Positions 20,820 through 30,555 of a DNA stretch of 55,898 nt are shown here, piece after piece. The stretch lies in NCBI GenBank assembly GCA_039935055.1, contig JBDTKY010000064.1, positions 1 to 55,898 on the forward strand, read 5' to 3'. Numbering within the stretch: the first letter of the stretch is position 1; each line of letters starts with the position of its first letter. This DNA is from Nitrosospira sp. (GTDB lineage: Bacteria > Pseudomonadota > Gammaproteobacteria > Burkholderiales > Nitrosomonadaceae). The position numbers and the translations under genes are program-made. Below the pieces are notes generated by a model. That model did not search any database. It had not been told where the DNA came from and saw only the letters and a program-made list of their open reading frames with translations.

Positions 20820-21089
20820 ATGCCAGTCACAACCGATCAAAAAGCACAGGTGGTGCGCGATTATCAGCGAGCCGCCGGAGATACCGGTTCTCCCGAAGTG
20901 CAAGTGGCATTATTGACTACTCGTATCAATGATCTGGCTAATCATTTCAAAGCGCATGTCAAGGATCATCATTCCCGCCGAGGTTTATTGCGTATGGTGA
21001 GCCGGCGCCGCAAGCTGCTTGATTACCTTAAGCGCAGCAGCGCCGATAGTTATCGTACGTTGATCGAGCGCCTTGGCCTGCGCAAATAA
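20820..21089 (+). CDS. rpsO: 30S ribosomal protein S15
   Basis: [28 protein letters not shown]. Confidence 0.99.
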   Translation: MPVTTDQKAQVVRDYQRAAGDTGSPEVQVALLTTRINDLANHFKAHVKDHHSRRGLLRMVSRRRKLLDYLKRSSADSYRTLIERLGLRK

Positions 21090-21218
21090 GTACCGGTTCC
21101 TGGCTAGGACAGCAGGGTTTATGAGATTGCCTGTTTTTCCGATAGCGATAGCAAAAATTTCGCGTTGCACTCGTGACCGGAAGTAAGCCGGAATGATTTT
21201 ATTGAAAAGGGTAGTTAA

Positions 21219-23327
21219 TTGAAAGCAAATAAAAAAAGTGCTACTTACGGGTCTCATCAACTAACGCTGGAAACCGGCGAAATAGCAAGACAAGCGCACG
21301 GAGCGGTGATGGTTACCATGGATGACACCGTAGTTCTGGTTACGGTGGTGGGCGCAAAAAATGCCAAACAGGGGCAGGATTTTTTCCCCTTGACGGTGGA
21401 TTATCAGGAGAGAACCTACGCCGCAGGTAGAATACCTGGCAGTTTTTTTAAGCGTGAAGGCCGGCCATCGGAAAAAGAAATTCTTACTTCCCGCCTGATT
21501 GACCGTCCCATCCGTCCACTATTTCCTGAAAGTTTTTACAATGAAGTGCAGATCGTAGCCACGGTTCTTTCGTCCGATAACGAAGTGGACGCGGACATAC
21601 CTGCGCTTATAGGCGCCTCCGCCGCGCTGGTGCTTTCCGGTATTCCCTTCGATGGCCCTATTGGTGCAGCCCGTGTCGGCTACATCAATGGCGAATATGT
21701 CTTGAACCCCAGCACTACCGAACTGAAGCAGACTCAGTTGAATTTAGTGGTGGCAGGCACTCAGCATGCTGTGCTGATGGTGGAGTCCGAGGCAATGGAG
21801 CTATCAGAGGACATCATGCTGGGCGCCGTCATGTACGGTCATCGGGAAATGCAGACGGTGATCACTGCCATCAACGAACTCGCTGACGAAGCCGGAGTCA
21901 CTGCATGGGACTGGGTACCGGCGAAAAGAGATACGGCTCTAGCCCAAAAAGTCGCTGATCTGGCTGAGACGGATTTGCGTGCTGCATTCCAATTGAGGCA
22001 GAAACAGGCGCGATCTGAGACCATAGATAACATCTGGAAAAAGGTTTTTGCTGAAGTTGGCGTCGATACAGAGGATGGGCCGGATGGGCAAGCTATAAAG
22101 GAAGCCTGCTTTGCCCTGGAATCAAAAATCGTACGCTCCCAGATTCTGGATGGCGAACCTCGTATAGACGGGCGTGACACTCGCACCGTTCGTCCCATTG
22201 CGATCCGTAACGGTCTTTTGCCCCGAACTCACGGGTCTGCTCTTTTTACCCGTGGAGAAACCCAGGCTCTCGTAGTTGCAACCTTGGGCACAGGGCGAGA
22301 TGAACAAAAAATTGATGCGCTGCAAGGAGATTACTCCGAGCGCTTTATGCTTCACTACAACATGCCACCTTACGCCACCGGCGAAACAGGCCGCGTAGGT
22401 ACGCCCAAGCGCCGCGAAATTGGTCACGGACGGTTGGCCAAGCGCGCTTTGGTTGCTGTGCTGCCTTCCGCCGAAGAGTTCGGTTATTCCTTACGCGTTG
22501 TATCTGAAATCACCGAATCGAATGGCTCCAGTTCCATGGCGTCGGTTTGTGGCGGTTGTCTTGCGTTAATGGATGCGGGCGTGCCATTAAAAGCGCATGT
22601 GGCAGGTATTGCCATGGGACTCATCAAGGAAGGCAACCGGTTTGCCGTGCTGACTGATATTCTCGGTGATGAAGATCATCTGGGTGACATGGACTTCAAA
22701 GTGGCTGGCACCGAGAAAGGTATTACCGCGTTGCAGATGGATATCAAGATTCAAGGCATCACCAAAGATATCCTGCATGCCGCGTTGATACAAGCCAAGG
22801 AAGGGCGCATGCATATTCTTCAGATTATGAAACAGGCGCTGCCTTCAACGCGTGAGGATATTTCCGAACATGCTCCGCGTATCATTAAAATTAAGATCAA
22901 TCCCGAGAAGATCCGTGACGTAATTGGTAAGGGTGGCGCGGTAATTCGCGCGTTGACCGAAGAAACCGGCACCACCATCGATATTGCTGACGATGGCACC
23001 GTTATGATAGCTTGCATTAATGCCGAAGGTGGTGAGATAGCAAGAAAGCGCATCGAAGACATTACCGCCGAGGTGGAAGTAGGCAGAATATATGACGGCA
23101 CCGTATTGAAGCTTCTGGATTTCGGCGCGATCGTTAGCGTTCTGCCAGGCAAAGATGGTTTGTTGCATATCTCGCAAATTGCCAACGAGCGTGTCAACAA
23201 CGTTGCCGATCATCTTAAGGAAGGTCAGGCGGTGCGCGTCAAGGTCCTGGAAGCCGATGATAAGGGGCGATTACGCCTTAGTATGAAAGCGGTCTCTGTA
23301 GAGGGCGCCGACAACGCTGCTTCGTAA
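21219..23327 (+). CDS. pnp: Polynucleotide phosphorylase
   Basis: [40 protein letters not shown] and S1 domains; TTG start. Confidence 0.98.
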   Translation: MKANKKSATYGSHQLTLETGEIARQAHGAVMVTMDDTVVLVTVVGAKNAKQGQDFFPLTVDYQERTYAAGRIPGSFFKREGRPSEKEILTSRLIDRPIRPLFPESFYNEVQIVATVLSSDNEVDADIPALIGASAALVLSGIPFDGPIGAARVGYINGEYVLNPSTTELKQTQLNLVVAGTQHAVLMVESEAMELSEDIMLGAVMYGHREMQTVITAINELADEAGVTAWDWVPAKRDTALAQKVADLAETDLRAAFQLRQKQARSETIDNIWKKVFAEVGVDTEDGPDGQAIKEACFALESKIVRSQILDGEPRIDGRDTRTVRPIAIRNGLLPRTHGSALFTRGETQALVVATLGTGRDEQKIDALQGDYSERFMLHYNMPPYATGETGRVGTPKRREIGHGRLAKRALVAVLPSAEEFGYSLRVVSEITESNGSSSMASVCGGCLALMDAGVPLKAHVAGIAMGLIKEGNRFAVLTDILGDEDHLGDMDFKVAGTEKGITALQMDIKIQGITKDILHAALIQAKEGRMHILQIMKQALPSTREDISEHAPRIIKIKINPEKIRDVIGKGGAVIRALTEETGTTIDIADDGTVMIACINAEGGEIARKRIEDITAEVEVGRIYDGTVLKLLDFGAIVSVLPGKDGLLHISQIANERVNNVADHLKEGQAVRVKVLEADDKGRLRLSMKAVSVEGADNAAS

Positions 23328-23381
23328 ATATAGCTGGCAAGATAGCTATCAGAATTGTAGTACTTTTGCGGTTTTTCAAAT

Positions 23382-23412
23382 AAAAAGCCTCTATCGATGA
23401 TAGGGGCTTTTT
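23382..23412. terminator. Bidirectional terminator between pnp and dksA
   Basis: AAAAAGCCTCTATC-GAT-GATAGGGGCTTTTT between convergent genes. Confidence 0.88.
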
Positions 23413-23473
23413 GTTCCTTAACAAAGGTTTTGATAGAGAGATTCAGATATACCAATAGAAAACGATAGCGAGG

Positions 23474-23896
23474 TTATTTGGCCACCTGTTTTTCCCTTAT
23501 TTCGTCGAGCGTCTTGCAATCTATGCAGAGGGTCGCGGTGGGGCGCGCCTCAAGGCGTTTCAAGCCAATTTCAACGCCACAACTGTCACAATAACCATAA
23601 TCACCCGTTTCTATTTTAGCAATTGTCTCGTCAATTTTCTTGATCAGCTTGCGTTCACGGTCGCGATTGCGTAATTCCAGCGCCATGTCCGACTCCTGGC
23701 TGGCGCGATCATTAGGGTCGGCGAAAATTGTGGCTTCGTCCTGCATGGTATGCACTGTGCGATCTATATCCTGCCCCAACTCAACCTTAATGCCTTCCAG
23801 TATGTTGCGGAAATGCATAAGCTGCTTGGAGCTCATGTAGCTTTCTCCCTTTTTCGGTTTGTAAGGAGTGGCTTGTTTACGCAGTTCTTGCGGCAT
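23474..23896 (-). CDS. dksA: RNA polymerase-binding protein DksA
   Basis: DPNDRASQE coiled-coil tip; C4 zinc finger CDSC...CIDC. Confidence 0.97.
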   Translation of the reverse strand: MPQELRKQATPYKPKKGESYMSSKQLMHFRNILEGIKVELGQDIDRTVHTMQDEATIFADPNDRASQESDMALELRNRDRERKLIKKIDETIAKIETGDYGYCDSCGVEIGLKRLEARPTATLCIDCKTLDEIREKQVAK

Positions 23897-24292
23897 TTTT
23901 AGTATTCCCTTTATGTTTCCGGTTACGTATGAAGACGCTTTTTACAGAAAAGTATATTATACAGCAAGTAGATTTGCTGTCCGTCTGAAGTGTTGCGCAC
24001 CAAAGTCAATTGCCACTCAGATAAGAGCCCGAAGGAGGAATAAAAGATAAGCTCGGAAATGCTTGACCGACGAGGAATGAATTGAAAGCGCGTGATCTAT
24101 AAGAGCCCCGCGGATGGCTTCTGGTTAGGCAGTTCGTATGAAATCCACCATACACGACAGCACGAATTCTTGCAGAATTCCCATTGCTTGGATACCCCTT
24201 AAAGAAAATAAATACTATATTCTTATAATGGTTCGGAATAGGCTATCGTTACAGCCCTCTTCTCGTATTTTCTGCAGGTCTTGCTCAATCGA

Positions 24293-24317
24293 CAGGTGCG
24301 ACATTTTGTCGCACCTG
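24293..24317. promoter_or_regulatory. Perfect palindrome containing a RegA/PrrA/RegR-type box
   Basis: CAGGTGCGACA-TTT-TGTCGCACCTG; core GCGAC-N5-GTCGC; abuts TTGAAA about 90 bp upstream of the first RiPP precursor. Confidence 0.65.
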
Positions 24318-24407
24318 GCTTGAAAATTTGTGCTATGTTTCTTACGAGGGATGCAGTTTTTCCCTAATAGCGCAATATTCCCTCATCCATCCCTATAGGA
24401 GAATATC

Positions 24408-24788
24408 ATGTCCAGAAAAAAATCCATCATATCCATGGCAGTTGGTTCCGCTTTTGCCGCCACGCTTGGTACTGCACCCCTCGCTTCTGCGGCTGATAAC
24501 CCTTTTGGTATCCAATCGCTCGGCAAAGGCTACATGGTAGCCGACGCTCATAAATATGGCGACAAGAAAGGCGGCGAAGGTAAATGCGGCGGTGAAGGTG
24601 CATGCGGTGAAGGCCGATGTGGTGCGTCCATGGCCGACGCGAATAAGGACGGCAAGATTACCAAGGAAGAGTGGACAGCCCATCATAATGCCATGTTCGA
24701 GCATATGGATGCGAATAAAGATGGCGTTATCGACAAAGATGAGAGAAAGCCCAAAACAAAAGATGGCAAGTGCGGTAATAGTAAATAA
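24408..24788 (+). CDS. MNIO RiPP precursor 1 (HvfA/BufA2-like) fused to an EF-hand pair
   Basis: Sec signal ending ASA; NPF..L..GY motif; EGKCG, EGACG, EGRCG, DGKCG; EF loops DANKDGKITKEE and DANKDGVIDKDE; AGGAG RBS. Confidence 0.9.
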   Translation: MSRKKSIISMAVGSAFAATLGTAPLASAADNPFGIQSLGKGYMVADAHKYGDKKGGEGKCGGEGACGEGRCGASMADANKDGKITKEEWTAHHNAMFEHMDANKDGVIDKDERKPKTKDGKCGNSK

Positions 24789-24934
24789 GTAAAAAATTAC
24801 CTGCTGCCGTCGAGTCATACTAGTTTGTCCAACTGGGCGGCTTCCCTGTGCAGAGTTTTGACGTCAGGAAGCCGATGCCCAGTTTTTCCTGAATTGTGAC
24901 ATAATATTTCGTCCAAAATTTAGGAGAACATACT

Positions 24935-25330
24935 ATGCGCAACAAAAAAACCATGATTTCGTTGGCGGTTGGCTCCGTCATTGCCGCAACACTTGGTGTT
25001 GTGCCAGCAGTCTCTGCGACCGATAGCCCTTTTGCCGCTAAATCCCTGGATAAGGGGTACATGCTAGCTTATGCTGACAAGGTAGACCCCAGTAAATATG
25101 GTGGAGCAAAATCCGGTGAAGGTAGATGCGGCATGTCGATGGTAGATGCCAATAAGGATGGCAAGGTCACCAAGGAAGAATTCCTCAAGCATCACGAGGC
25201 CATATTCAACAGGATAGATGTCAACAAGGATGGCGCGGTCGATCAACCTGAGGCTGACAGCTACGGCGGCGGGACCAAACCCAGCGCACCGCCACCTGGC
25301 ACATCTCCACATGGCGGCATAAAGAAGTAA
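24935..25330 (+). CDS. MNIO RiPP precursor 2, single-Cys EF-hand paralog
   Basis: Paralogous signal and SPF..L..GY motif; one EGRCG; EF loops DANKDGKVTKEE and DVNKDGAVDQPE; Pro/Gly-rich tail; AGGAG RBS. Confidence 0.87.
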   Translation: MRNKKTMISLAVGSVIAATLGVVPAVSATDSPFAAKSLDKGYMLAYADKVDPSKYGGAKSGEGRCGMSMVDANKDGKVTKEEFLKHHEAIFNRIDVNKDGAVDQPEADSYGGGTKPSAPPPGTSPHGGIKK

Positions 25331-25343
25331 TTACTTGCTTTCC

Positions 25344-26192
25344 ATGAAACTCTTGGGGCCAGCCAGCGTGGGACTGGGTTTTAGGCGCGAGTTAATTCCG
25401 GCGTTAAAAGCCCATGTTCCCGATGCCATCGATTTTTTTGAAATCGCCCCGGAAAACTGGATTGATTTCGGTGGCGTGGCAGGGCGTGATTTGTGCAGCT
25501 TCACTGAGCGCTACCCCTTTGTCTGTCATGGTTTATCACTCTCAATCGGTAGTCCGGCGCCGCTGGATGAAGTATTGCTGCATAAGATTCGGCAATTCCT
25601 GAATCGGCATCGAATTCTTTTTTATACCGAACATCTCTCCTATTGCTCCGACGACGGCCATTTATACGATCTGCTTCCGATACCCTTTACCGAAGAAGCA
25701 GTAAAATATGTTGCCGCGCGCATCCGGCGCGCTCAAGATATTCTGGAACGCCGCATCGCGTTGGAGAATGCCTCGTTTTACTTGCGATCGCCCATTACTG
25801 AACTAAGCGAAGTAGACTTTATCCGTGCGGTGTTAACCGAAGCCGATTGCGACCTGCATCTCGACGTCAATAACGTTTACGTCAATAGCATTAACCATTC
25901 CTATGACCCGATCGAATTTATCCGCGCCATGCCAACCGAGCGCATTGTCTACATGCATATGGCCGGGCATTACAATGAAGCAGAGAATCTGATTATCGAT
26001 ACCCATGGCGCAGACGTAATCGATCCCGTATGGTCATTGCTAGACCAAACCTACGGTATTCATGGCATAGCACCTACCCTGCTGGAACGCGACTTTAATA
26101 TTCCTCCCCTTAATGAGCTGATGCGTGAAGTCGAGCGTATTGGCCTGATTCAGACTCGGCATGCCGATGCGAGCCACGTCCATGCTTCCTGA
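25344..26192 (+). CDS. Multinuclear non-heme iron oxidase (DUF692, HvfB/BufB-like)
   Basis: GLGFRR, EIAPENW, HGLSLSIG, TEHLSY, LYDLLPIP, LENASFY, LDVNNVYVN, HMAGH, IDTHG, LLERDFNIP all intact. Confidence 0.96.
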   Translation: MKLLGPASVGLGFRRELIPALKAHVPDAIDFFEIAPENWIDFGGVAGRDLCSFTERYPFVCHGLSLSIGSPAPLDEVLLHKIRQFLNRHRILFYTEHLSYCSDDGHLYDLLPIPFTEEAVKYVAARIRRAQDILERRIALENASFYLRSPITELSEVDFIRAVLTEADCDLHLDVNNVYVNSINHSYDPIEFIRAMPTERIVYMHMAGHYNEAENLIIDTHGADVIDPVWSLLDQTYGIHGIAPTLLERDFNIPPLNELMREVERIGLIQTRHADASHVHAS

Positions 26193-26931
26193 ATTTCAGC
26201 GCTTCCAGTATGCTTTCACGGCGCATATCCGCGATCCGAAGGTGAACCGCTGTCCACGCGGCGTTGAAGCGCAGCGTATGCGAATATATAGAAGACTGGT
26301 TTACAACAACATAGAGAGTTTTTTGTTGAGCTGCTTTCCGGTACTCAGGAAAGTGCTGGGAGTACGTCGATGGGGACGGCTCGTGCGTGCGTTCCTTGCC
26401 CTACATCGTAGCCGCTCACCTTTTTTTCGACAAATACCCGATGAATTCATTCAGTTCTTGCAAATGGAATGGACGTCACCCGCGGGTTATCCGGAATTCA
26501 TGCTGGAGCTCGCGCACTATGAATGGATAGAATTGGCGCTTTCCATTTCAATAAATATGCCGGATTGGGAAGCGGTCGATCCGGAAGGGAGCTTGCTGGA
26601 ACATCGCCCCGTTTTAAACCCGGTGCTCGCTAATCTGTGTTACCGATGGCCTGTGCATCGTATCGGCCCGCGCGCTCGAATCATGCCCGCAGAAACTTAT
26701 TTACTGGTATTCCGCGATAGCGGCGATCAGATACGATTTACCGAAATCAATGCGTTTACTTCGCGACTGGTCAGACTATTAGAAACTACGGAATACACAG
26801 GCCAAACCGCACTTGAAATTGTTGCCGCAGAAAGTCACCATCCCTCGCCCGAGATTGTCATTCAGGGTGGGCTAGAAATTATGCGCGATTTCCGGGCACG
26901 CGGTGCACTGCTGGGCGTCGCAAAATATTGA
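26161..26931 (+). CDS. DUF2063 MNIO partner protein (HvfC/BufC-like)
   Basis: FQYAFTAHIRDP, RMRIYRRLVYNNI, FPVLRK, ELAHYEWIELAL, WPVHRI; overlaps the DUF692 stop; the start could be 26161, 26167 or 26182. Confidence 0.93.
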   Translation: MPMRATSMLPEFQRFQYAFTAHIRDPKVNRCPRGVEAQRMRIYRRLVYNNIESFLLSCFPVLRKVLGVRRWGRLVRAFLALHRSRSPFFRQIPDEFIQFLQMEWTSPAGYPEFMLELAHYEWIELALSISINMPDWEAVDPEGSLLEHRPVLNPVLANLCYRWPVHRIGPRARIMPAETYLLVFRDSGDQIRFTEINAFTSRLVRLLETTEYTGQTALEIVAAESHHPSPEIVIQGGLEIMRDFRARGALLGVAKY

Positions 26932-26994
26932 TCCCGCGTTCTATCAGACTTCACAGCTGCCCAGCAGAGCGATCTTGAAAAAATTTCATATCAT

Positions 26995-27627
26995 ATGAAA
27001 TCCGATCTGCCGGATCGAGAAAAAATCTCTGATTTAACGCTGGCTTGCTACAACGAACGCGCTGATGCTTTCTGGCAGGGAACGAAAGATCATGACGTCA
27101 GCCAGAATATCTCAACGCTGCTAAAGTACATTGTGGGTAAGCCGCCTTATACCATACTGGATTTTGGCTGCGGACCGGGCCGCGACCTCAGGATTTTTAC
27201 TGAACTCGGTCATATCGCGGTGGGGTTGGAGGGAGCCAAGCGCTTTGTTGAAATGGCGCGCACCTATAGTGGATGCGAAGTATGGTGCCAGGATTTTCTT
27301 AAACTTGATCTGCCGCGCGGGTATTTTGACGGCATATTCGCTAATGCTTCACTTTTTCACGTTCCTGGCTGTGATCTGCCGCACGTGCTGAAGGAATTGT
27401 ATATAACACTGAAACCGGGTGGCGCCCTGTTCAGTTCCAACCCGCGCGGGAATAACGAAGAAGGTTGGAACCGTGGGCGTTACGGCGCATATCATGATAT
27501 CGAAATGTGGCGAGGTTATATGACAGCTGTGGAGTTTGTCGAAATCAACCATTATTACCGTCCTCTTGGCTTGCCACGCGAACAACAGCCGTGGCTTGCC
27601 AGCGTGTGGCGCAAGGCGGCTTTATAA
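26995..27627 (+). CDS. Class I SAM-dependent methyltransferase
   Basis: ILDFGCGPGRD motif I; FDGIFANASLFH; LKPGG. Confidence 0.9.
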   Translation: MKSDLPDREKISDLTLACYNERADAFWQGTKDHDVSQNISTLLKYIVGKPPYTILDFGCGPGRDLRIFTELGHIAVGLEGAKRFVEMARTYSGCEVWCQDFLKLDLPRGYFDGIFANASLFHVPGCDLPHVLKELYITLKPGGALFSSNPRGNNEEGWNRGRYGAYHDIEMWRGYMTAVEFVEINHYYRPLGLPREQQPWLASVWRKAAL

Positions 27628-27651
27628 CGCTAGTCCATTGCGGCGCATCAA

Positions 27652-28854
27652 ATGAAATTAGAAAAAGAAGTCGTCGTGATAGGCGCGGGCGCGGCTGGGA
27701 TGATGTGCGCAATTGAAGCAGGCAAGCGCGGACGCTCGGTACTGCTGCTGGATCATGCGTCGAAGCTTGCGGAAAAAATCCGTATTTCCGGTGGAGGGCG
27801 GTGTAATTTTACCAATCAGTACACTAGACCAGAAAATTTCCTGTCACACAATCCGAATTTCTGCCGATCGGCGCTGGCACGCTTCACTCCGCAAAGCTTC
27901 GTCGCGCTGGTGGAGACGCACGGCATCCGCTATCATGAAAAAAAACTGGGGCAACTGTTTTGTGACGGTAGTTCGCAGCAGATCATCGATCTGCTGCGAT
28001 ATGAGTGCGACGCGGCTGGCGTCGAATGGCAAATGCCATGCCGAGTGGACAATACGAGTCGTATCAATGCCACTATAGCTCCCACCGGTGGGTTCATGCT
28101 GGAAACTGATCGGGGTACTGTGACTACCCATTCATTGGTCATTGCAACCGGTGGTCTTTCCATTCCGCAAATCGGGGCAAGCTCTTTCGGCTATGGTATC
28201 GCCGCGCAATTCGGCCTCACCATCACGCCGCTGCGGCCAGCACTTGTTCCGTTGATTTTCGCGCCGGAACAATTTTCCGGTTTCTCCGGGCTTTCAGGTG
28301 TAGCGATTGATGCGACGGTTAGTTGTAACGCAGCATGCTTTCGCGAAAACCTGTTACTTACGCACCGCGGCTTAAGCGGCCCGGCGATGTTACAGATCTC
28401 TTCCTACTGGCAGCCAGGAGCCCCAATTCATATCAATTTGTTACCAGATCTCGATGCGGCCGTGTGGCTGTTTGCTCACAGACATAGCTCTTCACTGCTG
28501 CCCAATCTATTAGCGCAATATCTGCCGAGACGTTTTGCACAGGCTTGGTGCGAAGCCGTTGTGCAGAGTCAGTCCGCCCGGCCGGTAAACCAGTACAGCG
28601 AAACCGAATTGAAGCGGATTGCTATGCAATTGCACAGCTGGGAAGTTACGCCAAGCGGTACCGCAGGCTACAAGAAGGCGGAAGTCACCCTGGGTGGGGT
28701 GGACACCCGTGAATTGTCATCCAAGACGATGGAAGCGAAAAAAATACCCGGGCTATATTTTATCGGCGAAGTTGTGGATGTAACGGGACATCTGGGTGGA
28801 TTCAATTTCCAGTGGGCCTGGGCATCCGGTTATGCGGCGGGGCAGTTTGTGTAG
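27652..28854 (+). CDS. HI0933/YhiN-family flavoprotein
   Basis: IGAGAAG, KIRISGGGRCNFTN, ATGGLSIP, AEVTLGGV, GGFNFQWAWASG. Confidence 0.94.
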   Translation: MKLEKEVVVIGAGAAGMMCAIEAGKRGRSVLLLDHASKLAEKIRISGGGRCNFTNQYTRPENFLSHNPNFCRSALARFTPQSFVALVETHGIRYHEKKLGQLFCDGSSQQIIDLLRYECDAAGVEWQMPCRVDNTSRINATIAPTGGFMLETDRGTVTTHSLVIATGGLSIPQIGASSFGYGIAAQFGLTITPLRPALVPLIFAPEQFSGFSGLSGVAIDATVSCNAACFRENLLLTHRGLSGPAMLQISSYWQPGAPIHINLLPDLDAAVWLFAHRHSSSLLPNLLAQYLPRRFAQAWCEAVVQSQSARPVNQYSETELKRIAMQLHSWEVTPSGTAGYKKAEVTLGGVDTRELSSKTMEAKKIPGLYFIGEVVDVTGHLGGFNFQWAWASGYAAGQFV

Positions 28855-29033
28855 TTCAGTTCCATTTTAGTAGCGGCATGCTATCGGTTTTCCTCCTCCT
28901 TTCTCCCCCCGGATCCGGCCGGTATGTGTATCGTCGCGCGAGGATTAACCCCCCTCGCTTGAAAATTAATATGCCTCCAGCATGTGTCCGTTACCGCCCT
29001 ACTCCACCTCAAACCCGAACGGGATGAGCCGTA

Positions 29034-30365
29034 TTAACGGCCACGTCCACCCGAACGGTGCAGAGCCGGCATGCGGCCAGCTGCGGGTTTCGCGGGCATC
29101 CTGGCCGCTGGTGGTTTGGCACCTGGCTGGCCTCTTCTTTCACTGCGCCCGGTTAGTCCGGGCAGCATACGGCGCTGTCCTCCGCCGCTCCCATTCACAA
29201 TCGGTTCGGCCCTGATGCGGGGATCCGGCTCGAAACCAACGATAACTTCATTCAATAACTCTCGCTTGATCAGTCTCTCGATATCCGTCAATAGCTTGAG
29301 TTCATCCACGCATACTAGCGATACCGCATCTCCCTCTGCCCCGGCGCGGCCAGTGCGCCCGGTACGATGGACATAGTCCTCCGGCACGTTGGGTAATTCA
29401 AAATTGACCACGTGCGGTAATTCGCTGATATCGATTCCTCTTGCGGCAATGTCGGTTGCTACCAGCACCCGCAGGCTGCCAGTCTTGAATTCCGCCAATG
29501 CTCGAGTGCGCGCCGACTGGCTTTTATTGCCGTGTATGGCGAGTGATGGAATACCACTCGTGACCAGATACTCGGCCAGTTTGTTGGCGCCGTGCTTCGT
29601 GCGGGTGAACACCAGCACCTGCGACCAGTGATGCTGCTTGATAAGATGGGCAAGCAGATCACGCTTCCGTTCACGATCTACCGGATGTACTACATGCGTT
29701 ATGTTGTCGGCAGTTGCGTTGCGGTGCGCGACCTCGATCATCGACGGCTGGTTGAGCAAATTTTCCGCCAGCACCCGGATCTCATCGGAAAAGGTGGCAG
29801 AGAACAACAAGTTCTGCCGCTGTTTGGGCAAAAGCACAAGTATTTTTTTTATATCACGAATAAAACCCATGTCGAGCATGCGGTCGGCTTCGTCCAGCAC
29901 CAGGATTTCTACATGCGAAAGATCGAGCGTTTTTTGCTGTATATGATCGAGCAGGCGTCCTGGAGTGGCTACCAGGATATCCACGCGGCTTTTCAGGCGG
30001 GTAATTTGCGGTTTAATGCTGACCCCGCCTATCATTACCATCGAACTCAATTTCAAGTATTTGCCGTAATCACGTATGCTTTCCTCCACTTGTGCCGCAA
30101 GTTCACGAGTAGGCACGAGAATCAACGCACGTATCGGTGGCCGCCCGCTGGATGGTCCTTTGATGCTCCTGTCGGACAAACGGTGCAGGATAGGTAAGGT
30201 AAAGCCAGCAGTCTTGCCGGTGCCGGTTTGCGCGCCAGCCAGCAAATCGCCACCAGCCAGAACAGCGGGGATCGCTTTTAACTGAATGGGAGTGGGGTCA
30301 ATGTAGCCGCATTCGGTGACGGCACGAATGATTTCATCGGACAGGCCGAAAATAGAGAAAGACAT
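29034..30365 (-). CDS. rhlE: DEAD-box RNA helicase RhlE
   Basis: Q motif, [34 protein letters not shown]; basic C-terminal tail. Confidence 0.93.
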   Translation of the reverse strand: MSFSIFGLSDEIIRAVTECGYIDPTPIQLKAIPAVLAGGDLLAGAQTGTGKTAGFTLPILHRLSDRSIKGPSSGRPPIRALILVPTRELAAQVEESIRDYGKYLKLSSMVMIGGVSIKPQITRLKSRVDILVATPGRLLDHIQQKTLDLSHVEILVLDEADRMLDMGFIRDIKKILVLLPKQRQNLLFSATFSDEIRVLAENLLNQPSMIEVAHRNATADNITHVVHPVDRERKRDLLAHLIKQHHWSQVLVFTRTKHGANKLAEYLVTSGIPSLAIHGNKSQSARTRALAEFKTGSLRVLVATDIAARGIDISELPHVVNFELPNVPEDYVHRTGRTGRAGAEGDAVSLVCVDELKLLTDIERLIKRELLNEVIVGFEPDPRIRAEPIVNGSGGGQRRMLPGLTGRSERRGQPGAKPPAARMPAKPAAGRMPALHRSGGRGR

Positions 30366-30555
30366 AAAATTCCAAGGGAAAAATCGGCCTGTCGCCCCGG
30401 TTACGAGACGCCAGTCTTAGGCAGATGGGCAAAGTTCGAAAAAACAGAATGGGCGTGGAGACATGGAGCGAACGCCGCAGGTTGGAATTATAACAGATTA
30501 CAGATCAACGCGCCGTGCATGACTGCGAAGCATTTATCCATATACGAAGCCGGTG

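Noticed and set aside
24021-24108. ATAAGAGCCC repeated twice; possible small RNA between dksA and the RiPP operon
   Set aside because: Only two 10-bp copies, with no convincing fold or terminator.
24393-24818. 141-aa minus-strand hydrophobic ORF
   Set aside because: Antisense shadow of RiPP precursor 1, which has the RBS, signal peptide and family motifs.
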